A model generated the notes under the pieces. The model saw nothing but the letters and a program-made list of their open reading frames with translations. It ran no database searches and was not told where the DNA came from. The translations under genes and the position numbers were made by a program. From Corynebacterium casei (GTDB lineage: Bacteria > Actinomycetota > Actinomycetes > Mycobacteriales > Mycobacteriaceae), in the NCBI GenBank assembly GCA_030535535.1, contig JAUNRU010000005.1, positions 164-64,163 on the forward strand: a DNA stretch of 64,000 nucleotides, in the 5' to 3' direction. Below, piece by piece: positions 56,594 through 64,000 of the stretch. Position 1 is the stretch's first letter; every line of letters begins with the position of its first letter.

Positions 56594-57520
56594 ATGACCA
56601 TCCATGATGTCGCCATTGTTGGTTCCGGCCCAGCTGGCTACACCGCTGCACTCTATGCAGCACGCGCAGAGCTCAAGCCAATCGTTTTTGAAGGCTTTGA
56701 ATACGGTGGCGAACTAATGAACACCACCGAGGTTGAGAACTACCCAGGTTTCCAAAAGGGCATCATGGGCCCTGAACTCATGGAAGAAATGCGCGCACAG
56801 GCCATCCGTTTCGGCGCTGACCTGCGCATGGAGATCGCGGACTCGGTGGAACTCGATGGTGACATCAAGAAGATTCATGTCGGCGATGAAGTATTTGAAG
56901 CGCGTTCTGTCATCCTCGCTACCGGCGCGGCACCACGCCACCTCGGCGTTGAAGGCGAAGACACCTTGACTGGCCGCGGCGTTTCCACCTGCGCAACCTG
57001 TGATGGCTTCTTCTTCAAGGGCCACAACATTGCCGTTGTGGGCGGCGGCGACTCCGCGATGGAAGAAGCAACCTTCCTCACCAAGTTCGCTGAGACCGTC
57101 ACCATCATTCACCGCCGCGAAGAATTCCGCGCCTCCAAGATCATGCTTGAACGCGCCCGCGCGAACCCACAGATCAAGTGGGCACTGAACAAGACCGTGG
57201 AAAAGGTTGTTGACGTTGACGGCAAAGTCGGCGGCTTGGAGCTCAAGGACACCATAACTGGTGAGACCTCCACGCTGGATGTCACCGCAATGTTCGTTGC
57301 TATTGGCCACGATCCTCGCTCGGAGTTCCTCGGCGGCCAGGTTGCTACCAACGAAGAGGGCTACGTTGTAGTTGACCAGCCATCCACCCGCACCAACATT
57401 GACGGTGTCTTTGCCTGCGGCGACCTGGTAGATGACCACTACCGTCAGGCGATTACCGCTGCTGGTTCCGGTTGCCGCGCGGCGATTGACGCGGAACATT
57501 TCTTGGCCGCACAGCGTTAG
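56594..57520 (+). CDS. trxB: Thioredoxin-disulfide reductase
   Basis: [27 protein letters not shown]. Confidence 0.97.
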   Translation: MTIHDVAIVGSGPAGYTAALYAARAELKPIVFEGFEYGGELMNTTEVENYPGFQKGIMGPELMEEMRAQAIRFGADLRMEIADSVELDGDIKKIHVGDEVFEARSVILATGAAPRHLGVEGEDTLTGRGVSTCATCDGFFFKGHNIAVVGGGDSAMEEATFLTKFAETVTIIHRREEFRASKIMLERARANPQIKWALNKTVEKVVDVDGKVGGLELKDTITGETSTLDVTAMFVAIGHDPRSEFLGGQVATNEEGYVVVDQPSTRTNIDGVFACGDLVDDHYRQAITAAGSGCRAAIDAEHFLAAQR

Positions 57521-57527
57521 GAATAGT

Positions 57528-57851
57528 GTGAGCAACGTAATTGACGTAACCAAGGACACCTTCCGCAGCGAGGTCATTGACTCCGACAAACTCGTAGTGG
57601 TTGACTTCTGGGCTGAATGGTGTGGCCCCTGCAAGAAGCTGTCACCATTGCTGGATGAAATCGCTGAAGAAATCGGCGAAGACGTCACCATTGCAAAGAT
57701 AAACGTTGATGAAGAGCGTGAACTGGGCGCCATGTTCCAGGTCATGTCCATCCCTTCCGTCTTGATGTTCAAAAACGGTGAGAAGGTTGATGAATTCGTT
57801 GGCCTGCAGCCAAAGCCAGCTATTACTTCCAAGATTCAGGCTCAGCTTTAA
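57528..57851 (+). CDS. trxA: Thioredoxin
   Basis: DFWAEWCGPCK, SIP; GTG start at 57528 after AGGA. Confidence 0.95.
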   Translation: MSNVIDVTKDTFRSEVIDSDKLVVVDFWAEWCGPCKKLSPLLDEIAEEIGEDVTIAKINVDEERELGAMFQVMSIPSVLMFKNGEKVDEFVGLQPKPAITSKIQAQL

Positions 57852-57907
57852 GCCCTGTCTCTCGCACCACTTGCAAGCGCTTTTACAGCCTTGAACCACC
57901 GCATTAT

Positions 57908-57946
57908 GCCGAAGTCTTAAGCCTTCACGGGAAAGACTTCGGCTTT
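57908..57946 (+). terminator. Rho-independent terminator
   Basis: GCCGAAGTCTT...AAGACTTCGGC + TTT. Confidence 0.75.
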
Positions 57947-58159
57947 GCGTATTTATGCAGGTCGTAGCATAAATTGTGACTCACATTTAGTGGGTACAAC
58001 GTCGTGATCACTTTGTTACCGACGTTCCCAGTTGTTTACACAGATATACGTCGGAAATGGCGTATTCTCAGATTGTCACACTAGAGTGGAATGAAGATAA
58101 GTTGTCAACGAAACAAATTTTTTACTGAAATGATTATGAGTTCTAGAAAGGGGGACGAA

Positions 58160-59344
58160 GTGGATCGAATCCTTCAGGTAGGAGATCAAAGTGCCCGCGT
58201 TGCTGAGGCACGTGCCACCCTTGCACGACTCGGAATGTTGCCCAACTACAGCGGCGACGTGTCCGATTGGAAGCGGCAGAGGTTCTCCGAAGAAGATAAG
58301 CACTTCGACTCCGAGCTTTCCGCCATCGTAAAAGCATTTCAGCAGTCCCGTGGAATCATTCCTTCCGGCAATATTGATGACCTCACCTTGCGTGAGTTGC
58401 GTCAGGCATCATACAAGCTGGGCACCCGCGTGCTCAGCTACCAGCCAAACAACGAGCTGGTCGGTGATGATGTGTCGCAGTTGCAGAAGCAACTGCAGGA
58501 GCTCGGGTTTTACATGCAGCGTATCGATGGCCATTTTGGGTCATCTACCCATGACGCGTTGCTGGAGTATCAGCTCAACTACGGACTTCAGCAAGACGGA
58601 GTTTGTGGTCCTGCCACCATTCGCGCGCTGAGCTTGCTCGGCCGTCGCATCACTGGTGGGTCTGCGCACAACATTCAAGAGCGCGAGCGCGTGCGTAATG
58701 CTGGACCAAAGTTGGCCGGTAAGCGCGTTGTTATTGACCCAGCTTTGGGCGGCGCTAATAAGGGCCAGCAGGTTAAGGGCCGTTTTGGAATGATTTCCGA
58801 AGAGGAAATCAACTGGGACCTGGCTGAGCGCGTTGCTGGCCGCATGATTGCTGCCGGCATGGAGATCATCTACTCGCGCACCCGCATGGATGATCCATCA
58901 ATTAAGGACCGCGCGGATATTGCGAATGCTTTCGATGCTGATCTGGTGATCTCACTTTCCTGTGATGAATACCAGAATGACAAAGCCAACGGTGTTGCTA
59001 CCTTCTACTTCGGATCTGAGATGGGCAGTACCTCCATGATTGGGGAAACCCTGTCTGGCTACATTCAGCGTGAGATTGTTGCCCGCACTGAGCTTGGAAA
59101 CAACAACAATCACGCACGCACCTGGGAGCTTTTGCGCATGACGCGCATGCCTGTTGTACAGGTAGTGCTGGGTTATATGACCAACCCGCATGATGTCTCG
59201 GTTCTGACGAACCCAACCAAGCGTGATGACATCGCTGAATCCATCGTGGTTGCTGTAAAGCGCCTTTATCTTCTGGACAATGACAACGCCCCAACCGGCA
59301 CCTACAACTTTGCTGAGTTGCTCCGCGCCGAGCAAGCGCAATAG
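58160..59344 (+). CDS. cwlM: N-acetylmuramoyl-L-alanine amidase-like protein CwlM
   Basis: Two PG-binding domains (FQQSRG, YQLNYGL..DG) plus Amidase_3 domain; C-terminal PTGTY; synteny. Confidence 0.9.
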   Translation: MDRILQVGDQSARVAEARATLARLGMLPNYSGDVSDWKRQRFSEEDKHFDSELSAIVKAFQQSRGIIPSGNIDDLTLRELRQASYKLGTRVLSYQPNNELVGDDVSQLQKQLQELGFYMQRIDGHFGSSTHDALLEYQLNYGLQQDGVCGPATIRALSLLGRRITGGSAHNIQERERVRNAGPKLAGKRVVIDPALGGANKGQQVKGRFGMISEEEINWDLAERVAGRMIAAGMEIIYSRTRMDDPSIKDRADIANAFDADLVISLSCDEYQNDKANGVATFYFGSEMGSTSMIGETLSGYIQREIVARTELGNNNNHARTWELLRMTRMPVVQVVLGYMTNPHDVSVLTNPTKRDDIAESIVVAVKRLYLLDNDNAPTGTYNFAELLRAEQAQ

Positions 59345-59386
59345 TACTTAAGCACTTAAGCGGGCCGCGCTACGGCGAGCACAAAG

Positions 59387-59429
59387 AAACACCGCAGTTT
59401 GAGAATCACTTTCTCGACTGCGGTGTTTT
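59387..59429. terminator. Bidirectional terminator
   Basis: AAACACCGCAGT...ACTGCGGTGTTT between convergent genes. Confidence 0.75.
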
Positions 59430-59456
59430 GTAGTTTTAGTTCCGGTTCGATCTCGG

Positions 59457-60134
59457 CTAAGCCAGGGCTTTGGCAACGAGGTCTTCCACGGCAGCTGCGG
59501 AAAGCAGGTCGTGTGCTGGTGGTAGCTCCAGGCGCAGACGTGGGGTAACTGGATGGTCTTTGATTACTTCAAAGCCTGCAGCTTGCAGCACAGAGACTGG
59601 GATGAGGCCAATGTTGTCAGGCCGGGTGCCTAAAAAGTGCCGCGCGATCTCATAATTGACGTCAGCGAAGAAACCTTTGGATGCCGAATTGAACAAATCA
59701 TCAAAGCCCGAGTCATCACTGGAGTCGTAGTAAATCTCATCATCGCCGTTCTCGCCGACATCGTGGTAGCCGAATGCTTCCACGGCCTCAAAGTCACGTT
59801 CCATCAGGTCCATGATCGCGGTATCAAGCAACACCGCTTCCAGGCCGCGGCCAGCACGCTGCGAGGTCACAAAAAGTGAGGTGATAATAGCGGCATCAGA
59901 GCCCACGGGGCCCGTGGGCATCTTCGATATCCCTGGGGCATCGGCAGCCGCGCAAAAGATAACGGTGGCATCACTGCGGACGCTAAACCCGCACGGACCA
60001 AAGCTGAGCAAGGTAGAAGAAATCCAGGCTTCCTTTTCAAACCGCGGATCATCTACCTCATGCGCGCACTCCCAATACATGGAGTTTGCCGCCTGCGGAT
60101 GCATCTCCGAATCCGGAGTCAGTGGTACAAGCAT
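59457..60134 (-). CDS. Conserved GNAT-like protein (Rv3916c-like) downstream of parB
   Basis: FEKEAWIS, FGPCG, GRGL, AVEAFG, HPVTPRLRLEL; start ATG 60134 chosen. Confidence 0.8.
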   Translation of the reverse strand: MLVPLTPDSEMHPQAANSMYWECAHEVDDPRFEKEAWISSTLLSFGPCGFSVRSDATVIFCAAADAPGISKMPTGPVGSDAAIITSLFVTSQRAGRGLEAVLLDTAIMDLMERDFEAVEAFGYHDVGENGDDEIYYDSSDDSGFDDLFNSASKGFFADVNYEIARHFLGTRPDNIGLIPVSVLQAAGFEVIKDHPVTPRLRLELPPAHDLLSAAAVEDLVAKALA

Positions 60135-60229
60135 TGCTCTAGTTTCAGTTTTCTCCAGCCACGTGGGCCACTTTGAGCCCTCATTGATCCTGCCATCTAG
60201 CTGCGGGCTCACCGACCCCACGGGGGCGT

Positions 60230-61390
60230 TTATGAGCCTTGTGCTCCCGCGCCATCAATTAGCGCCATGATGCGCTCGAAGTCTTCTTGGTCTCCGAACT
60301 CTACTACCATTTTGCCCTTACGCTTGCCCATTGTCACGGTCACACGCGTATCAAAACGATCAGAGAGACGCTCACCGGCATGGGTGAAGAATTCTGGCTG
60401 TGGCTGCGCAGGTTTTGGCTTGGGCTCATCCGGCATGCCGTTGCGCTTAATCAGCGTCACGGCTTCCTCAGTAGCGCGCACAGACATGCCCTCAGCAATG
60501 ATGCGCTGCGCGAGCTTATCCATCACGTCCTTGTCATCCAAACCCAGCAACGCACGGGCGTGACCGGAGCTTAGAACGCCGGCAGCAACACGACGCTGGA
60601 CCTCAACAGGCAGGCGCAGCAAGCGCAGGGTATTGGTGATCTGCGGACGGGAGCGACCGATACGATCAGCCAACTCATTTTGCGTGACATCAAATTCTTC
60701 CAACAGCTGCTGGTATGCGTGTGCTTCTTCCAAAGGGTTCAGCTGCACACGGTGGATGTTTTCCAACAGCGCGTCACGCAGCAAGGAATCATCCGCGGTG
60801 TCACGAACAATCGCCGGGATGGTAGCCAGACCTGCCTTGGAGGATGCGCGCCAGCGGCGCTCACCCATGATCAGCTCAAAGCCACCGTCACCGGAAGGAC
60901 GAACTACAACTGGCTGCAGCAGACCGAACTCGCGGATGGAGTGAACAAGCTCGTTGAGTTCTTCTTCATCAAAGACCGTACGTGGCTGCTTCGGGTTCGG
61001 CTGAATCTCACCGATTGAGATCTCACGGTAAGTTGCACCGATCGATGCCGGCTTGGGCTGACGCTTCTTCGAGGTACCCGTGCCGATGGTTGGGGCGCCC
61101 GAAACACGCTTTCCGCCAGACTGCGCGGAACCGCCCTGAGACGACGTGCTCTTGCCCAGACCACCCTTGGCCTTGTCAGACTGACCAGACTGACCGGACT
61201 TGGCATCAGTTGCATCATCAGAAGCTGGGTTGCCCTGGCTATCACGGGGCTGCGCGATGCCCAAAATGACATCGGCTGCGCTATCACCCAGGCGCGGCTT
61301 GCGCGTTGGGGCGTCAGGGCCGGTGGGGATCAGTGCAGCTAGCCCCTTGCCGAGCCCGCCTTGTTTAACCTGTGGTTTCTTATCAGCCAT
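60230..61390 (-). CDS. parB: Chromosome partitioning protein ParB
   Basis: [33 protein letters not shown]. Confidence 0.97.
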   Translation of the reverse strand: MADKKPQVKQGGLGKGLAALIPTGPDAPTRKPRLGDSAADVILGIAQPRDSQGNPASDDATDAKSGQSGQSDKAKGGLGKSTSSQGGSAQSGGKRVSGAPTIGTGTSKKRQPKPASIGATYREISIGEIQPNPKQPRTVFDEEELNELVHSIREFGLLQPVVVRPSGDGGFELIMGERRWRASSKAGLATIPAIVRDTADDSLLRDALLENIHRVQLNPLEEAHAYQQLLEEFDVTQNELADRIGRSRPQITNTLRLLRLPVEVQRRVAAGVLSSGHARALLGLDDKDVMDKLAQRIIAEGMSVRATEEAVTLIKRNGMPDEPKPKPAQPQPEFFTHAGERLSDRFDTRVTVTMGKRKGKMVVEFGDQEDFERIMALIDGAGAQGS

Positions 61391-61406
61391 AAAAATCTCT
61401 CCGAGC

Positions 61407-62264
61407 CTAACCTTCTAATTCCGCATAAATATCTGGGCTCACGCCAATAACGCCGGTGGTTTCATGTGGAACGTAGTCACCGCGTTCGTGGAGCTCTTTT
61501 GCCGCAGCAACATAGGCGCGGCCACCTGGTGATGTCGGGTCATACTCAATCACGGTCTTGCCAAAGCCAGGGGCTTCAGAAACACGAATGGACCGTGGAA
61601 TGAGGTTGCCTAGGACCACGGCGCCGAACTGTTCACGGACCTCATCAGCGACCTGGGATGCTAGCTTCGTACGTGCGTCATACATGGTCAACAGCACGCC
61701 TGAAATGTGCAGATCTTCATTGAGGTGCTGGCGAATCATGGTGATATTGCCCAGCAACTGACCCACGCCTTCCAGCGCGTAGTACTCACACTGAATTGGA
61801 ATAATAACCTCTTCAGCACAGGTCATGGCGTTGATCGTGAGCAAGCCCAAAGATGGCGGGCAGTCAATGAATACATAGTCAAAGCCGTGCTCATCCAAAA
61901 AGCCCTTGTGCAGAGCGTCATAGAGCCTAAACTCACGGCGCACGAGAGAGACCATTTCAATCTCTACTGCCGCAAGGTCAATGGTCGCCGGGATGCAGAA
62001 CAGGTTCTCCAGGGTTGGGGAAGACTGCATGGCCTGGTTGGCATCAATATCGCCCAAGAGCAGTTCATAGCTCGACGGGGTTCCGGAGCTGTGTTCAACG
62101 TTGACTGCCGTGGATGCATTACCCTGCGGGTCGAGGTCGATGACCAGGACTTTGCTGCCAGATTCAGCCAGGGCAGCGGCAAGGTTTACAGCAGTGGTGG
62201 TCTTTCCCACACCGCCTTTTTGATTCGCGATAGTAATCAGGCGCGGTTTAGTCATGCCCACCAC
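61407..62264 (-). CDS. parA: Chromosome partitioning ATPase ParA
   Basis: [33 protein letters not shown]. Confidence 0.97.
   Translation of the reverse strand: MVGMTKPRLITIANQKGGVGKTTTAVNLAAALAESGSKVLVIDLDPQGNASTAVNVEHSSGTPSSYELLLGDIDANQAMQSSPTLENLFCIPATIDLAAVEIEMVSLVRREFRLYDALHKGFLDEHGFDYVFIDCPPSLGLLTINAMTCAEEVIIPIQCEYYALEGVGQLLGNITMIRQHLNEDLHISGVLLTMYDARTKLASQVADEVREQFGAVVLGNLIPRSIRVSEAPGFGKTVIEYDPTSPGGRAYVAAAKELHERGDYVPHETTGVIGVSPDIYAELEG
61458..61473. other. Degenerate parS-like site at the 3' end of parA
   Basis: GGTTTCATGTGGAACG. Confidence 0.4.
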
Positions 62265-62265
62265 T

Positions 62266-62865
62266 CTAGTTCACCCTAGGGACACGGATGATGGTAGTCC
62301 CACGCACTACTTCTACCGTGGCTTTTCCGCCGCCGGCACGTTTGATATCAGCCGCGTCGCGCTCTAGTTCCTCATGCACAGATTCGCCTTTCATGGCGAT
62401 CATTTCGCCACCGCGACGCACCAGCGGCAAAGACCATTTGGCCAGTTTGCCCAGTGGCGCCACAGCACGGGAGGTCACGATGTCAGCACCGGCGGCAGCC
62501 TTCTTCACAGGTCCTTCTTCAGCGCGGCCACGGATGACGGTGACGTTGTCCAGCGCAAGCTTATCGACGACTTCTTGTAGGAACACAGAGCGCTTCAGCA
62601 GTGGCTCAATCAAGGTGATCTTGAGATCGGGCCGCGCGATAGCGAGCGGAATTCCCGGTAACCCAGCGCCCGATCCGATGTCCACGATGGTGGCACCTTC
62701 CTCCATGACATCACCGATGACGGCGCAGTTGATGAGGTGACGGTCCCACAACCGTGGCACCTCACGGGGACCGATGAAACCGCGGGTGGAGCCATCCGTA
62801 GCCAGCAGCTCATGGTATTTCTCGGCTAAGGGCAGGCGGTCCTTGAATACTTCCAACGGCTCCAC
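62266..62865 (-). CDS. rsmG: 16S rRNA (guanine(527)-N7)-methyltransferase
   Basis: [24 protein letters not shown]; GTG start 62865 after AAGGAG. Confidence 0.95.
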   Translation of the reverse strand: MEPLEVFKDRLPLAEKYHELLATDGSTRGFIGPREVPRLWDRHLINCAVIGDVMEEGATIVDIGSGAGLPGIPLAIARPDLKITLIEPLLKRSVFLQEVVDKLALDNVTVIRGRAEEGPVKKAAAGADIVTSRAVAPLGKLAKWSLPLVRRGGEMIAMKGESVHEELERDAADIKRAGGGKATVEVVRGTTIIRVPRVN

Positions 62866-62921
62866 GCAGCTAACTCCTTGTTTAGGCACAATTTAAATGA
62901 ATATCTCAGTAATAGATCTAA

Positions 62922-62955
62922 AAAGCGTCTGGAATCAAAGTATCCCAGACGCTTT
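62922..62955 (-). terminator. Terminator after yidC
   Basis: AAAGCGTCTGG...CCAGACGCTTT; U-tail on minus strand. Confidence 0.7.
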
Positions 62956-62983
62956 AAAGTATAAAGGCTAAAAATTTCTCAGC

Positions 62984-63967
62984 CTAGTTGTTGCCCTGCT
63001 TGCGCTGCTTCTTGGTGCGGGTGTCGCGCTTGCGAGAACCTGGCTTAGGAGCAGTGGTGCGCTTGAGCTCAATCTTGGCCTGCTCTTCAGCTTCTTCCTC
63101 ACGGTCCATCTTGGCGTTAACCATGCGGGTCTGAACGTAGGTCCAGACAGTGTTGGACAGCATGTAGAACAACAGACCGATTGGCCAGATGAAGCCGGAG
63201 ATAACCAGCATGCCCGGCATGACCCAGAGCATCATCTTGGACATCATGGCCATCTGCTGCTGCATCATCTCAGCGTTCTGACCCTGTGGTGCCTGGGTCT
63301 TACCCGATGCGCGGCGTGCTTCCTGGCGATTGAGAGACATGCGCGCGTTGAGGTGGGTGAGAACAGCAATCACAATAATCAGCGGAACGATGATCATCGC
63401 TGCCTGAACAGTGGTGACATCATGCAGAACCGGTGAGTTCAGGCGTAGGTTCGCAACCAGTGGAACACCAAAGAACTCCGCATCCAGGTAGGACTGAACC
63501 TGGTCTGGCTCGAAGAAGTAGTTGCCGATGCTGCGGTTTTGCTCAATCGACATGGGCTCGCCAGCTGGGTGGCCGATTCCACCGGCTACGGAAACCGTGC
63601 GGTCAAAAGAACGCAGAACGTGGAACAGACCAATGAACATTGGGATCTGCGCCAACATCGGCAAGCAACCTGCCATCGGTCGGACCTTAGAGTCCTTGTA
63701 GACCTTCTGCATTTCTTCTGCTTGCTTGGTCTTGTCATTGGCGTACTTGGTACGCACTTCCTGCAAGCGCGGCTGCAACTCCTGCATCTTGCGCTGTGAA
63801 CGCAAAGACGTCAAAGTTGGCTTGACCATGATGGCCTTCAGCGTCCACGTCAGCAAGATGATGGCCAGAATCCATGTGAGACCCGCAGATGGGTCAAGCA
63901 CCTGACTCAAGAGCCAATGCCAGCAATACAGCACGAATGAGATCGGCCAATAAATAAAATTAAGCAC
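62984..63967 (-). CDS. yidC: Membrane protein insertase YidC
   Basis: MQELQP, GCLPMLAQIPMFIGLFHVL, LLFYMLSN.W..VQ. Confidence 0.95.
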   Translation of the reverse strand: MLNFIYWPISFVLYCWHWLLSQVLDPSAGLTWILAIILLTWTLKAIMVKPTLTSLRSQRKMQELQPRLQEVRTKYANDKTKQAEEMQKVYKDSKVRPMAGCLPMLAQIPMFIGLFHVLRSFDRTVSVAGGIGHPAGEPMSIEQNRSIGNYFFEPDQVQSYLDAEFFGVPLVANLRLNSPVLHDVTTVQAAMIIVPLIIVIAVLTHLNARMSLNRQEARRASGKTQAPQGQNAEMMQQQMAMMSKMMLWVMPGMLVISGFIWPIGLLFYMLSNTVWTYVQTRMVNAKMDREEEAEEQAKIELKRTTAPKPGSRKRDTRTKKQRKQGNN

Positions 63968-64000
63968 TGGGGATTGGTTTCCTCAACTGATCGATTAAAT

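Noticed and set aside
57971-57988. AAATTGTGACTCACATTT as a GlxR site upstream of cwlM
   Set aside because: Half-sites are 1 bp apart rather than 6; may bind another factor but cannot be assigned.
62866-62983. Missing jag/R3H gene between yidC and rsmG
   Set aside because: Direct yidC-rsmG adjacency is the usual corynebacterial arrangement.

Overview
A 64 kb chromosomal segment from a Corynebacterium, just upstream of oriC. The genus is inferred from trpEGD-CF-BA, cca-NUDIX-murJ, sigM-trxBA-cwlM-parB-parA-rsmG-yidC synteny; the species cannot be fixed from sequence alone. The first 25 kb is largely an aromatic-compound region. It holds a homoprotocatechuate meta-cleavage operon (hpaG-like/gntR/hpaE/hpaD/hpaH/hpaI), an MFS importer, a single-component FAD hydroxylase, two tandem Pip/YhgE genes, an LLM/FMN-reductase pair, an aromatic aminotransferase, a ThDP 2-oxo-acid decarboxylase with a PucR-type regulator, and a TrpXYZ-like ABC importer. 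The trp operon follows, with a leaderless WWW leader peptide and attenuator, then transport and housekeeping genes and the conserved origin-proximal cluster. No rRNA, tRNA, IS element or CRISPR array was seen. The most notable unannotated signals are: (i) an aromatic-codon uORF (MWRVYWRPAF...) with a duplicated Shine-Dalgarno box and switchable anti-SD hairpin in front of the ABC importer; (ii) a nearly complete Tyr/Phe uptake-to-ring-cleavage route that lacks an aldehyde dehydrogenase in the window; (iii) six parS sites, five inside coding sequence and one at the apex of a terminator; (iv) a 12-bp AGTACT repeat array upstream of the trp promoter; (v) two structured intergenic regions; (vi) a trypsin-like protease remnant.
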